A stretch of 64,000 nucleotides of DNA from Octopus vulgaris. Lineage: Eukaryota. Where the stretch lies: assembly GCA_951406725.2 (NCBI GenBank), contig OX597816.1:170500001-170564000 (forward strand), given 5' to 3'. This document shows, piece by piece, positions 13,513 through 28,869 of this stretch (positions are counted from its first letter, which is position 1; the number at the start of each line of letters is the position of its first letter). The translations under genes and the position numbers were made by a program. Under the pieces are notes generated by a model. It did not search any database and was not told the origin of the DNA. It was given only the letters and a program-made list of their open reading frames with translations.

Positions 13513-13695
13513 AGCGGTGAACTGGTAGAATCGTTAGAAAACCTGGCAAAATATTAAGCGGTATTTCCGTCGAAGTCCACTTTGCCGTTCATCCTTGTCG
13601 GTAAAATAAGTACCAGTTGAGCAATGGGATCGATGTAATAGAGCTACCGTTCTCCACGAATTTCCCAATACCTTGCCAAAATTTGAAATCAATAT
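13513..13695 (+). mobile_element. Degenerate Nin-domain SINE
   Basis: gcggtgaactggtagaatcgttag...gttcatccttgtcggtaaaataagtaccag. Confidence 0.6.
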
Positions 13696-13921
13696 TACAT
13701 ACGCAATGAAGCTTCCGAATATATATACATTTAAATATATAAATGTGTGTTTGTCACTTTGGTCGTGCGTATGGGTGTCATTTTATGTGTATGTTTGTAT
13801 TTAAGTTTGGTTATGACTTTGCAGATTTAGATCTATCTACCTTATCTACGAAAACCCCTATTTCTATCCATGTATGTATGTATGTACACTCACACATATA
13901 TACATATATGTATATATATAT

Positions 13922-14420
13922 AGTCAATAATAATAAGGGTAAAATTAATTAATTAGTAATTAATAATTTTACCAAGCAGTGTTCAGTGTGTAAAGACCAT
14001 TTACGGTATATTTAACATTACTTTGTATAATTAGGGTGCAGCGAAAAAATTTACTTCACCACACACCGAACTTTTAGAAATAGCAGCCAAAGAATTTAGC
14101 TATTTCCTCTACTATAAGAAGAGTCTCCAAGACAATGTATACTCAAAAACAATTCACGTAGGTATAGAGGGAAAAATAACAAAAGATCATTCGTACATCG
14201 ATTACTTGAGAATGCCGTTTCTGGGTTAGTTGGATATAGAGATGCTAGAAATACATACCTATATCAACATTCCTGTCATCAGCCCAAGATTTCGTTAAGT
14301 TTGAATTTGAGAGCACTGTTTTGAATTCGTTAGTACTGGCGGTCGAAGGTGGTTCGTCTGGGATTACACAAATCAGAAGGGTATGTTCGATTTTTAGTTC
14401 TCTCAAATTTAAACTTAATG

Positions 14421-14422
<2 letters not shown>
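13922..14422 (-). mobile_element. PLE-type terminal region between (TA)n tracts
   Basis: Homologous, in inverted orientation, to 19690-19910. Contains a hammerhead-like fold at 14205-14288. Confidence 0.55.
14205..14288 (-). ncRNA. Candidate type-I hammerhead ribozyme with extended helix II
   Basis: CTTGGG-CTGATGA-...GTTGATATAG/CTATATCCAAC stem...-GAAA-CGGCA-TT-CTCAAG. Helix I CTTGGG pairs with CTCAAG. Helix III is imperfect. Confidence 0.4.
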
Positions 14423-14486
<64 letters not shown>

Positions 14487-14489
14487 GTA

Positions 14490-14560
<71 letters not shown>

Positions 14561-15063
14561 TTCTTATGTTCCAGGGATGGCTTTAGACTCTTAAAAGTTT
14601 TCACATAATGAATAACTGGGCCTCAGGGGACAGAAAACACCTGTTCCTGGAGAAGGGAAGTAACTATTTGCGAGTAACTTTCAGAAACTGATTGTGTCCC
14701 TTACATCTATTAATCATAAAAAAGAGACAGGTTTTAAAAAACCTTGTTTAGTATGGGATCTCTTTTCTATACACATATTTACACATATTTAATCCCCACA
14801 CCATTACCGAAAGCTGAACAGTTATCTCCCTTACACACAACAATAACAATAATAACAACCAATAACCTCCCTTTATTTGTCTACTTGTGAAGTCATTCAC
14901 TCGTGAATTTCATCACACACAACATGGACCAAATTTCTTCTTAAGAAAAAATATATATTCAATTAAATTAAACATAATATCATGAATAGCGATAGCGAAA
15001 CCGGTCGATATATTAAAAATTATATTAAAACCATGTAAGTGTGCGTATTTTCCTTTTTTAATT

Positions 15064-15094
<31 letters not shown>

Positions 15095-15468
15095 CACTTG
15101 CGTCAGAAATTAATTAGCACTTCTCAAATTTCTACATTAAATAGGTTAAATCAATTAACCTATGAGCTGTTCAAAACGTCTTACGCGATGAGAAAACTTA
15201 GTATGGTGTGATTTCGGTCCTTGCGAGGCGCTACCTATATCTATTAAACAAAGGAAGATTTGTCTGCATCCGCACTCCAATTTGTTGCACTGCTATGTCA
15301 ACATCATAAGGCTGTAGACTCTCAAACTGCTCTGCAAACAAAGTTACGTCATCGTTCTGCGCAACAGTGAACTCGCAACAAAGCAATAGTTCGAGATATG
15401 GCCACTAGGTGGCAGCACATACCTTGAGTGAAGAGCAAATCAAGGGTGCTAATTAATTTCTGACGGTA

Positions 15469-15471
<3 letters not shown>
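15095..15471. mobile_element. Tc1/mariner-type MITE
   Basis: TIRs CACTtgCGTCAGAAATTAATTAGCAC and GTGCTAATTAATTTCTGACGgtAGTG, flanked by TA within (TA)n. Confidence 0.85.
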
Positions 15472-15527
<56 letters not shown>

Positions 15528-15538
15528 TACATATATAC

Positions 15539-15597
<59 letters not shown>

Positions 15598-16548
15598 CAT
15601 GTATGTATGTATGTATGTATTTCGATTTGAGCTATCACATTGACAAAGCACGATGCCGAAACTGAGAGACTGTATGAAGAAACAATAATATCATACTGAT
15701 AAAATAGGTTTTGTTTAAAATATAATCGCAGTAACTTAATCGCGTAATGATAATGGCTGACTACTTTAGTATCTTAAATGCCGAAAATGGAACCATGCCG
15801 CAGTCAAATGTGATCTCGTACATGTAAGATATAGTAAGTATAAGTTGTGTGTTTGCATATATTTACATACATACAGAGAGAGAGCGAGAGAGAGGGGGTT
15901 GCAATTATTCAGGGGCTGCACTATTGATCTTTACCTTTATGCTTTTTCATTGCTAGAAGAGTTGATGAGTACTTCGATATTATCAGAGTAAATGTAGCAC
16001 CGTAGCATAGCTATTCTATACGCTTGTGTGCATATAACCGTTGGCATCTAATAGTTGCTGTTCATGGTCACTTCTCTTTCCCAGTTGATCAATGTATGTA
16101 TTGAATGGTCAGATGATGTCTATTTAGTGTTATCGTTATACGGTTACAGTGTTTGCTGTAATTTGGTTGGTTGATAATTGATAGTAGACCATCTAATTAC
16201 CGCAATAATTATACTTTAGTTCACACTAGTGCATAAGACAGGACACAAATTAGAATATTTATGCTTTTTCAGCACAGAAATGGCATTGAAATTATATATT
16301 TTTCACTTCAATTACAGTCAAAATAATGTCTTCAAAAGCTTAATTTAATTTCAGCTTCTTTGTGTTTTTATATATAAGAAATATTGGTTAATTAATGACC
16401 AACCTTCAAAAGCACAACTATACAATGTAGGTTATTCATTAATGTACTAGTCTCTTTCATAACTACTTTACCGAACAGTTACACTAAACACACACGCTCA
16501 CACACACTCGAACACGCACACATATATATACATGCATATATGTATACA

Positions 16549-16602
<54 letters not shown>

Positions 16603-16649
16603 AATTTATATGTATATATGCACATATATGTATATATACATAACATATA

Positions 16650-16705
<56 letters not shown>

Positions 16706-16707
<2 letters not shown>

Positions 16708-16871
16708 CGTACGAGTGGCTGTGTGCTAAGTAGGTTGCTTACGAACCACATGGTTCTGGGTTCAGTTCCACTGCGTGGGACCTTGTGCAACTATCTTCTA
16801 CTATAAGCCTCGGGCCAACCAAAGCCTTGTGAGTGGATTTGGTAGACGGAAACTGAAAGAAGCACGTCGTA

Positions 16872-16928
<57 letters not shown>

Positions 16929-17164
16929 TCATGTATGTATGTGTGTGAATATATGTTTATGTGTTTGTGTTTGTCCCCCAACATCGCTTGACAACTGATG
17001 CTGGTGTGTTTATGTCCCTGTAACTTAGTGGTTCGACAAAAGAGAACGATAGAATAAGTACTAGAGTTACAAAGAATAAGTCCTGGGGTCGATTTGCTCG
17101 ACTAAAAGCGATGCTCCAGCATGGCCACAATCATATGACTGAAACAAGTAATGGAGTAAAGAGT

Positions 17165-17165
<1 letters not shown>
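16706..17165 (+). mobile_element. OK-type SINE with internal (TA)n
   Basis: Head GGCGTACGAGTGGCTGTGTG...GGTTCAGTTCC and tail GCTCCAGCATGGCC...TGACTGAAACAAGTAA. Confidence 0.9.
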
Positions 17166-17211
<46 letters not shown>

Positions 17212-17258
17212 TACATATATACATAATATATATATATTATATATTACATATATACATG

Positions 17259-17291
<33 letters not shown>

Positions 17292-19689
17292 TGTATGTAT
17301 GTATTTATGTATCTTTAGTTACATAAAAATATGTGAAACTATTGTGAGCTGCTGTTTATATTTTGTTTAGAATTGCTCTATTTTTGATATATTCATATTC
17401 TGCCTCGAACAGATGTAGCATAATTGCAGGGCAAATCTGCGGGTGTGATAAATTTGTTAATAAACTAAATGAAATGCATATGTATAGATTTCTTTTAAAA
17501 TATGAGACGTAAAACAACTTAACGTCATATATCTTAATTTCGTTCCTCTCCATTGTATTGAAAAACAGATCCATTTTAGTATGTGACGATAAGACATGTG
17601 ACCCAGTGTCTTCTAAGCAAGTATTTGTAAATAAAATATCTCGATTTGCCTCACGCTTCCTTTAATTCTTTCACGCTAAGCAGAAATATATAAGCTAAAT
17701 TTCAGGCCAATGTATTTATATTTAACTCAATAGAAATTACCTCGAGATTTAAAAACTCTCATATATGTTAAAAGAGTTGTGTGTAACGGAAGTCTGTACA
17801 AAAACGCTTCTACTTAATCGCGAATATAGACGCTCTGCGTATGTTGTCATGATTATTTTAGACAACAATTTTATAACGCAATAAACTTACTATTTTTTGC
17901 GTATATGATACAATGCAATCGAGTCCTTTACCAACAACTGGAATACTATCACCATATAGTCCTGATACATAATTAGTATTGAAGAAATAGAAAAACATTA
18001 ACGTGAACATGCTATGTCATTTGAGTTAGAATTTTAACGAGAGACTGTCAATATTTTAGTTAAGTATTGTGTTTACCCTAGGCTAGTAAAATATTTCTAT
18101 TTTAAGACAGTTTCACTGGGACCAATTTCACTCTTAGTAGACGACGATGTTCTTAATGCATTGTAGATCTGGAAATATTTTTGCTTCAAAGACAGATATC
18201 TTAAGAAATATCAAGATGTCGATAAGCTCTAAATCTTCCGTTTCTTTGTGATGATAATATTGTTTTACGTATTTTAAAATCGGATTTAATATTTTAAAAG
18301 ATTACCTCAATTATAACTCGCTTAGCAAAGTCTGTTAAGAAACTATTTTTCTGTTATGATATGACATTCATGATGAGAATCAAGTCATTCGAAAATTTGT
18401 TTACAAGAGAATAAAAATACAAGCAGCAATCCCAAGGAGAACTTTTCTATTTATCACTTCAACTCATGGTTTATCACTTCAACACATATATTTAATTGGA
18501 AAATTCTTGCTGCTGGAAATTCTGAATGGTTTCTTTTAAAATAACAAAACTTGAACCGAATGCAAATAATGACTGTGATTTGTCAACAAGATTTTAATAT
18601 GTTTTAAGGCTACTGATTGAAGGGACTCAAATTCTTAAGTCAACTAATGAGCTGCATTAGTACACAAAAAGCGTATTTTACTAGTTTACCTTGATTTGAA
18701 AACCAACATCATACAAAAATATCTTCTCGCGAATTAGACAGCACAGTTTTCTTTTGGTTGATTTATTATATGTAATGTTTTGACTGATCACAAGGGCATG
18801 GATTCAGAAACTATATTCTAAATGTATATACAATTTTATTTCTTTTAAAGCACGTGATAAATAAATCAAACAAAATAAAATCGAAGGACTACTTTAAGCA
18901 AATGTGTTACACTATGTTATAAAAGAAACATGAAACGTTGATAGGAATACTAAAAAAAAAAAAAATCCGAATGTCTAAAGGGAGATAATAATAATGCTTA
19001 GCTAATGAGATTACGAGGAAATGCAAACAGAAATGACTCTAAGCCATACAAATCGAAAGAAAAAAAGCAGTCATCAAGTGTGTGTTTGGTCGCACAGATA
19101 TATGATGCCACCGATGACATATATTAATGACCACCAAAATTTTAATCTAACGCACCCTGTGACGAAAGTGAAAATTAACGTCCATTGTCAATAACTATTT
19201 TAATCATATCACCCTAGCAAAATACATTGTACAAATATTTGTAAATTTCATCATCTTGAATAGAAAATTACTTCTTAATTAATTAATTTCACCCTTTGTT
19301 ATTATTGATAATGGTATTTTTCTCCCAGAAAAAAACTGTAGCATCTTACTTTGGCAACACGCTGGTGGACAGGGGAGAGTGACTTACTCTCATTCACTTT
19401 TTGAATTTAGCGGCACTAGCAGGGTTGTACGTTCTCTCGGATACCATGAGTTGAAGTGATATTTTCTAGTGCCTTAAAAATTTAATACACAATTATTAAT
19501 AATTCAGACGCAATTATTTATAATTGAAGAATCCTACGATGATAAGGTAAATAGTCAGTTAAGGTATAATTATTTATTTTTATGCTCTATACTGGCTAAA
19601 TTCCGAAATGCGAGTCCGTAGGCAACTTAATATAGAATGATTTTCGTCATTTCTTTCTCTTTTACCTGCGTGGTTTGTTCTTGGGTGCT

Positions 19690-19906
19690 TTGGCTTTTAC
19701 TGGGATCTCCCTTTAAAGTAGAAAGAATAGCCAAGACTTTTTGACTGCTATTTCTAAATTCGGTGTGTGGTGAGGCAAATCGTTGCTAAACCCTAATTAC
19801 TTAGTATTACTGAAACTTACCTTGAATTGGTCTTTTACATGCCGAATTCTACTTGGTGAAATTACTGATTACTTCTTAATTAATTATTTTCTCCTTTTGT
19901 TATTAT

Positions 19907-19910
<4 letters not shown>
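19690..19910 (+). mobile_element. Second copy of the 13922-14130 PLE-type tail
   Basis: ctgctatttctaaattcggtgtgtggtga...cttttgttattattga is the reverse complement of 13925-14090. Confidence 0.6.
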
Positions 19911-19987
<77 letters not shown>

Positions 19988-20445
19988 CATATATGTATAT
20001 ATATGTATATATGTATATATACATATATATGTATTTATGTATATATATACATATATACATGTATATATATGTATATATACATATATGTATATATGTATAT
20101 ATATGTATACATATATACATATATGTTTATATATGTATATATGTATATATATGTATATATACATATATACATATATACATATATATATATGTATATATAC
20201 ATATATACATATATATATACATATATACATATATATATATGTATATATACATATATATACATATATATACATATTTATGTATATATAGACATATATATAT
20301 ATGCGTATATATACATACATATAAAGCTATATATGTTTATGTATATATATACATATATATCTATATATATATACATAATATATATATACCTACATAATAT
20401 ATACATATGTGAGTGTGTGTGTGTATATATATGCATATATAAATG
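19910..20445. repeat. Long compound (TA)n/(TATG/TACA)n microsatellite
   Basis: Seen directly. Confidence 0.95.
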
Positions 20446-23400
20446 TGAGTCAGATTAATATTTAAACTATTTTAACGGAAAGTATTATCTCACATTATAT
20501 TAGAGATGTTATTGTTTCACTTTTGACATGCAATACTGAAATACTGTAAGTGATAAGAGATTGCCCCGGGTTCGCATTAGGCAAGAAGTTGAAAACTTTT
20601 ATGTCCCATGACACTGCATGGACCATCAGTAAATCATGTTTAAAATTTAAAGATATCGGTCGGGTAATTCTCGAGATTTAGGATTTAGTGATGAACACAT
20701 GCAGACAAACAGACACACACTTATCAGTTTTGTATATGTGTGTGTGTGTGTGTCCGTACGTATGTATGTATGTATGTATGTATGTATGTATGTATGTATG
20801 TATGTATGTATGTATGTGTATGTATGTATGGATGGATGGATGGATGGATGGATATATGTATTATGTATACAGATGGCGGGAGAGAGTGCACGTAAGTACT
20901 GACAAGCAGTGTAGAAGAACAATCAGTACCAGAGGTATTGTTGTATGCAACTGCCGGCACTTCGTAGTTTATTTAATTTTATATTCGTGAATGTGTGTAT
21001 GAATTAGCAGACGTCTGCATGTGTACATATGAATATGTGTATATGTGTGTATATGTGTGTATATGTATGCGTGAGTTTGTGTACGGTTTCTGCCGGACTT
21101 GTAATTTCATGATAAACGACACTTTTGGAAAAAAATTAGATTGACTAAAATTTAGTTACAAATAAAGAAGTAAACAAGCTTAATTATTTTACTAATTACC
21201 CTGCTATCTCTTACATTTACCTTTTCATTATCAAAATATCTTATTTGTTTATTCCTTCTTAATAAAACTTAACATTTTATGAAAGAAGTATATGTATATA
21301 CTGTTAGATTTCTATAATTATTTTCAAGGCGAAAGATTCTTGTCCATAAAACGAAGTTCAAAAATTCACAAAGTGTTAGAGAAATGTGAGATTCGACCTT
21401 CTTTGAAAAGTTGACCAAGTTACGGTTAGTGATCTACAGATTTTTCTTTAAGTTACATTGCTAGGTCAATTCACAAAAGTTTAATGAATTCAGGTAGCAG
21501 AAACTGTTAAGAAGTATCACTTACTGTTGACCATCAATGTTATGTTATTTCATACATACGCAGTTGTGTATCTGATGCTCATCATTTAGAATTTGCCAAC
21601 AACCCATTTGTTACGACTACAGAAATAGCAGCTAAGTCACCCTCATATCACTCCTTCACGTTTTTAAAAGGAAGGTCATATTGGATAATATGCTCTTCCG
21701 ATACAATATTTCTGAAAACAAAATACGGAAGAGTCATAGCTAGAATGTCTTTAATTGCGAGTCTTCTGTATCGAAGATGATCTGGGACGAAACTACAACA
21801 GCGGCAACACCATCGCAAACAAAAATAGCGACAGATTTCAATTCAACACATCAGTCGTCTTTAGTTAACTCTCTATATATCCCAGATCAGTTTATTGAAT
21901 AATTAATTCGAAGTTTTGAAGAACAAAATAATATAATATAAATTATTTAAATTGCTGATCAAGTTATACTCGCCAATATGAAAACTAGTCAAAACAGGAA
22001 AATAAAACGTGAAGAAAAGTTTAATTTCATTTTAAGATATTTATTGTTCTAAAATGTTTATTGTTCTACAGTTACATGAAAACTGCTATATAATGGATTT
22101 TATGGCAGATTTTTCTATTGCTGCTAGTTATATAAATAATTAAATCTTTACTCGCTAACGACAATAATCTCAACCTCATTTTTTTTTATTTAAACACATT
22201 CTTAGTAAGATACATATATTATATAATTTTCATTTTGTTGCATTCCATGTTATTTAAAAATTGTTTCTCTGATATTTATTATATTTGGCTGACTCTGCAA
22301 TATTAATTTTGGTTATTATAAGTACATGCGTATTACTACAGCAAAAATATAACACTTCGTTCGAATTACAAATGTAGTGCCAGGTTGTCTTGCCGATGAC
22401 TGATATATGTACTTTATTTTTATATTTTTATATCATTTCTTAAATCATCCTTAGTATTTTACTTATCGAAATTATTATTTCAGTCTTTTTTTTCCATGCT
22501 TTTAAATCAATTTTATATACCTATTTATTTATTTTTATATTTTTTAATTTCCTATACATTTAATCTTTCTATCTTCCTTTTGTATTGCCTCTCGAGAATA
22601 CTGGGTCTTAAAAACAGCCATTCTTTGTTTACTTGCCTTGGGCACGATAACTAATGCGTCATGTAGCCTCTCGATTAAATAATTTGTTTATATTATTCAA
22701 TAATTATTTCTTTCAAAATTATAATACTTTGGCTGTTCATTCAGGATTTCAAAATAAACTGTCATTTAAGTTCATAATGTGCATGACTAATACTAAATAC
22801 CGCAAGGCATACTTTCTAAAAAGTTAACAATATTGCCAATTCCCCAGCTTTTAAATTTCCAAAATACGGGAAAATAATATTTAAATTAGTTGAACTACTT
22901 AAGAGTTTATACGCGGTATGACTTTCCCACGAGGACTGCGAGTAAGTAATGCATATCTTCTATGCTAAGAGGGGAGATGGCTGACATCGTAGAATTGTTT
23001 ATACTATACTTGATACCCTTAGACAGTAAACCTACCCTCACACCTCTTGTATGTACTACGAAAATACTTTGGAAATCCCACAGCGTATATATCTATATGA
23101 AATACAACCATTCCAGGAATCTGGTTGCATCCTGCAAGTAGTTATATTTTTATATGATCCTCTTACATGGTGAAATGGAAGAGTGTATTTGGTGAGAAGA
23201 CAATTCTCGTACAAATTCCACAACCAATGAGCGTCAGAGAACGGGAAGCAAACTGTTTTAACATCAGTCAAATAGCTCCAGAACCTTCCTAAATCACACA
23301 CAAATATCACAAGTTATATAGCAAACAGGTGAACTATACCTGCCTAGTTATTATGGCTTCTAAAGGTGACTGATTAGCAGAGCCCTTAGATCGTTGGATA

Positions 23401-23775
23401 GCCTGCTTTGAAATATAATCTCCCTGGCTCAGTGTACACGAGTTCAAATCCCATTGATGTTAAGATCGATCTCCATAAATAAAGAACTACTTCTATACCA
23501 GAGTCGGTTCTTTTCTTTCAACATTTCTTTATGTCTGTCTGATTCTCGTTTTGGAAGAAATCACATGCGGCTGGATCTGGAATAGTATGGCCATCACCAG
23601 GTCCAAAATGCCCAAAACATGCCCAAAACAAGACAGTGACCTACGACTGCATCAAGGAGGTATGGGTCTATTCTATAGGATTCCATGGGGTCGCAATATA
23701 TTTTTTGGCTACAAATATACAACAACAACATTATACCCACTCATCATTTCTATAACCAAGCATCTTGATAACTTA

Positions 23776-23995
23776 GCGGCGAGCTGGCAGAATCGTTAGC
23801 ACGTTAGTCGAAATGCTTAGCGGTATTCCGTCTGCCGCTACGTTCTGAGTTCAAATTCCACCGAGGTCGACTTTGCCTTTCATCCTTTCGGGGTCGATTA
23901 AATAAGTACCAGTTACACACTGGGATCGACTTAATCCGTGTGTCTGTCCTTGTTTGTCCCCTCTGTGTGTAGCCCCTTGTGGGTAATAAAGAAAG
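23776..23995 (+). mobile_element. Nin-domain SINE, full length
   Basis: GCGGCGAGCTGGCAGAATCGTTAG...GCCTTTCATCCTTTCGGGGTCG...GCCCCTTGTGGGTAATAAAGAAA. Confidence 0.85.
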
Positions 23996-25707
23996 AGGTT
24001 TCCGTCTTTCTAAATCTTGGTATATCGAGCAACACTCACTCTGTCTAATAGAATCAAGAGAAATTAAACAGCGCTCTCTCTTAATAGATTTAATCAATGT
24101 TATATCCAATATCTGAACAATTTAGGTCTAAAGAACACTGAAACTGCCATTTCCCGATCACATTATATTTCATATATAAGAGATTCATGCCACAATAGCC
24201 CCACTGAAACTTGGAGTAAATTTGATAACCCATGCTTGTATGCATTACTCAACTGTAGATACCATTATTAGCTCAGACGTCACATATTAAGTCATCATGA
24301 GATATCCTATAATAGAAAATTAGGAAATACTATTCATTTTCAGTCGGCGTCAAATACGAATATTTCAACCGATAGACCCAGAAAATAAAGCCAGTCAATA
24401 GCTACAACGGCGGCAAAAATTTAACTGTAAGCACTTACTTAATTTTGTATGGATTGCCGACTTTGTATTTAGGAACTAATATGTAGTATTTTACGTTAGT
24501 AGCTTATAACAATTTCCGTCATGGGACTTGCGTCAAACACCGGGAATCAAGATTAACAAAGACAAAGAAACATCTATATTCCAAGTCGAGTGTAGCTAAA
24601 GTTTTGCTTATGGTAAACAGCTGAGAGATTATGATCATTTAGTGGTTGAAGTTCTATATCTATGGACATCCAAGTAATGAACGGCCATATCAGTAATTAA
24701 CCTACGGACATTAAATCGACAGAGAGTAGCGAGTGTGTTTTTCTTTCATTCTCGCGTGCATGCATTAGTGGGAGTATCTGTGTATGTGTGTGCGTGTGTC
24801 TGTATAATGTAAAATATTTTCACAGGAAAATTCTTTTAATCACCAAAAGCTGCTTGTAATCTATTGTCTAAAATAGCAATTCATTATGCAATTATTAGAT
24901 TTTTAATGGAAAAGTTTATGCATTTAAATGTAAATTACCCGACCTCTTTAATCGTCCAAGCACCTTTCTGCTTTTCGCAGTAATTTACGTGTTTATGATA
25001 AATCACTGTACTTTAAAATATCCATGTCATACACAAACACATCATGTCTGCATCTTTAACGATAACATTTTCAAAATTGTTTTGTAAATTTTTGTTACTC
25101 GATGGATTTTCAAGAAATGTTAGAAAATTACGAACAAAATTATAAAAGTTTCTAATATAATCACTGTTTTATTTGAGATTGAACACATTTTAGAATGTAA
25201 TAGGGTAATAAAACTGGTGATAAATTGGAATTTGTTGATAAAATTAAAAAGAAGCAAAAAGTATCTACACTCCTATATATAATGGGATTCAGTCAAGTTT
25301 TCATTTGGGGTTTATAACAAGCAAACAAATTCTTAATTACAAATATTTCTTAGATAAGAAACTGCTGACACGTGAAATAAGATTAAATTTAGTTGATTTC
25401 AACATGAAAAAGAATTTTCTCGATATGAAAATAAAATTATCACCTTCAAAATGTTTCTTTTGCGTATATAGACAACAGTGTACTTGCATGTGTGAAACAA
25501 AATCTTAAGTGTCAGTTCGTTGCATGAAAGCAATTGTCTGAGTGCTATCTCATGTGCATATGTTTGTATATATATATATGTGTGTGTGTGTGTGTCGGTG
25601 TGTGTGGGAGAATCTACATGCTTATATAAAATATCTAAACCATAGAATCATTTCCTCAATTATAGTTCAACAGTTACTTTCGGGCTAAAATGTGTCTTTC
25701 ATATATG

Positions 25708-25813
<106 letters not shown>

Positions 25814-26129
25814 TGTGCGTGTGTGTGTGAGTGAGTGTGTATATATATATATATATTTCTTGTAATGAATGAAGGAAGTTACAACAATAAAAATTCTTGC
25901 TCTGCAACATATGATCTGATATAGGAATAATTATATCTTATTTAATCGAAATGCAATTTACAGAATAACATCATTCGATATAATTTTATTTTCGTTTTTG
26001 AATGATCAATATCTGTCATCATATTTGGATTGCCAAATGTCTTGTTTTAGGTCAGTTTTCTTTTTATAGTGAAAACTTAATATATTTTGATAAACCAGCT
26101 CTTATCATTAGCTTTCTTTGAAAGATGAC

Positions 26130-28790
26130 ATGGTGGTGGAACGGTAAAGAAGACAGTGCCATAAAAGAAAGAAGCATGAAGGGCTGGAAGATGAGGTTCG
26201 CAGAGAACCATACCAGGTAGCTAAGAAGTTAACATAAGCGACTCCAGATATATTTAACTAAGGGAGAAGCAGAAAGGAAGAAGTTTGCCAATGTTCTACA
26301 GCGTGTGGACCAGATGCCTGAGGTCTTCGGGATTGCAAGACAGTATATCAGAGACGTGTGTCCCAATAGATGATGGCACACTTGGACTAACTGAAGACAT
26401 TGAAGAAATGAAAGTGTCGGTATGAAAGGCTGTGAAATGTAAAAAAGGAAAACCTTCCTAATGAGGGACCAACAGAGGGACCAGCTACACGAATTGACAG
26501 CTGCATGATAGATAAAGCAATTAAGGATATGAAGATAAGGCTTCATATCCTTAATATGGGATACAGCCTTGCCAATCGTATAGTTAATAAAGGTGTTCAA
26601 GAAGGGGTAATATACAACAACTGGTGTAGCAGTGTCATATTCAACTAACAAGTGCATCAAACTGTTAGCCCAAATCATGAAAGTCACAGGAAGGATTATA
26701 GCTCATTTAATTAGGAAGAGTCTTGATCTAGATAAGATGCTCTTTGGTTTTGTGTCAAGAAGAACTACTGATACTTTTTTCCTAGTAAGTTAAATGCAGG
26801 AGAAGAATTTAGCTAAAAATAAACCGCTGTACTCGACATTTGTGAAAATGAGGCAAGCCTTTCACAAGGTCCTTCGCACCTTCATCTTGTGATCACTCCG
26901 GAAGCTGAGTGTAGATGACTAGCCAGTGAGATCCCTCCAAGTCATGTACAGGGATGCTGTTAGTAGGGTGAATGTCAGCCATAAGTAAAACAACGAATTT
27001 AGTGTGCACATAGGAGTACAACAAGGCTCAACTTTCAGGCCCGTCTTGTTTTACGTAGTCCTACATGCCACAACAGCGGAATAAAAGACTGTTGCCCATG
27101 GGAGTTTTTCTATGTTGAAGAATTTGTTCTTATAGCTGAATTTATAGTAAAATCAGATAAGCATGTTCAGGTGTGGTAGCAAGAGCTGAAATGAAGGAGC
27201 CTTAACGCTAAGTTATCAAATACCAAATTACTAGAAAGCAGGGAAGCAGAAAAATTACTAATCTCCTCAACGAAACAGTCCTGCTGGATATGTACAAAAG
27301 GTGCAGATAAAAATTGCTTACAGTGCACCCAGTACAAGCCATGGACATATAAGTGGAGCAGTGGAATCTCAGGAAGGTTAACAGAAAAGGTAGTCTTTGT
27401 GTGGGGGGAGATGTGTACAGTTACGATAAATACTACGAACTCACAGAAAATAGATTTCTTCAAATACCCAGCGGTATCATTAGAGGTAGTACATAGTTTC
27501 CGTTATCTATGTCACCACATTATAAGTGGAAGAAAATGCTGTGAATGCGTATTTGCTAGAATTTGAACTGGCTGGTTCAGAGAGCTGTTACCTCTGTTAG
27601 TAACAAAGGGCATCTACCTCAGAGTGGAAGACAGATTGTCTGAAGCTTCTGTACGAAAGGCTATGCTACATGATAGTGAAGCGCGGGCTGTAGGCTGCAG
27701 AACACATGCGAAAGCTTGAAAAAAATAAAGCCAGTATGCTCCACTGGATGCGCAATATCACTGTGCCTGTACAATAAAATATAGATGTGTTGGGAGAAAA
27801 CATGGGTGCCAGAGGCCTCAGATGCAGTGCGCAAGAGAGAAGACGGCAGCAGTAAGGTCAAGTTTTGAGTAAAGAAATGCGGATCTCTTAATATGAGAGA
27901 ACCTGTGGGATGGGAAACCCTAAAATGACGGAGGATGAAGTGAAAAATGACCTTCAGATGTTGAAACTCGTACAGATGGCAGAGGATCATAATGATTGAC
28001 GAATTTCTGTGCTTGAGAAGACCTGGATTGAGAAAACCTAAGTAAAACAAGATCGGAAAGGCATGTTATTAATGTCCATGTCCCTACACAATCTGTTCCT
28101 GACAAACTTATCCCCCACAACCCATCTTGCTAACACGTCTTCTATCGCCATCCGGGTTCACCACTCACTATATTCCCTTTCTCACTGTCTCTCACTCCTT
28201 CGCATCCTTGCGAAATATCCCGCACACAATGTGTCCCAGTTGAATCGCTTCCCCACAATATATCCTCCTAACACATCCCTCATTTTGTGTCCACAAACTA
28301 CCCTCTACCTCTCGTTCCACTTTCACAATTTTCCCAGCTTATCAACCCATTCGCCTTTCTAATAGATGTTGCCACTGCATTTATATACACTTTCCTATAA
28401 CTTGAGTATATCTCCCCACCCATATCACATCTTCACCATCTTTCCTTTTCTTCCTCCCTCCCTCTCTGTTTCGAAAAACGTGTGTAGCAAGGTATTTCCG
28501 TTAGTACGAGACATTTATTTTTGTTCCCCTATTTATATACTCAAATCACTCACCACCTGACACAGAAACTCCTCCCTCAACACTACTCCACACTCAGTCG
28601 TGGGATTTTGTCGTGCTAGTTATTTGGTGAGGTTGTTGCCACCGTTGCAGCATAAAAAGCACCCAGTACACTCTATGAAGTCAATGCTGTTAGGAAAGAC
28701 ATCTAGCTGTAGAAACCAAGCAATAGAGCTTGACTTACCAACTCCTGTCAACCATATTACATCGAAGACCAAGATCTGATGATCAGTAAT
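26130..28790 (+). pseudogene. Decayed RTE-clade LINE (RT region and 3' part)
   Basis: Frameshifted RT motifs: FGFVSRRTTDTFFLV, GVQQGSTFRP, WEFFYVEEFVL (a degenerate LLYADDL), plus C-terminal AMLHDSE. Confidence 0.75.
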
Positions 28791-28869
28791 TAAAATGTGC
28801 TCTGTGGCAAATCCTTGTTCTACATTTCAAATCTAATGGAAAAAATCGAAAACAACATTGCTTTTTTAA

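Noticed and set aside
19783-20458. Long ORFs rich in YI/VC/HT repeats, here and throughout the window
   Set aside because: They are translations of (TA)n, (TG)n and (TATG)n microsatellites.
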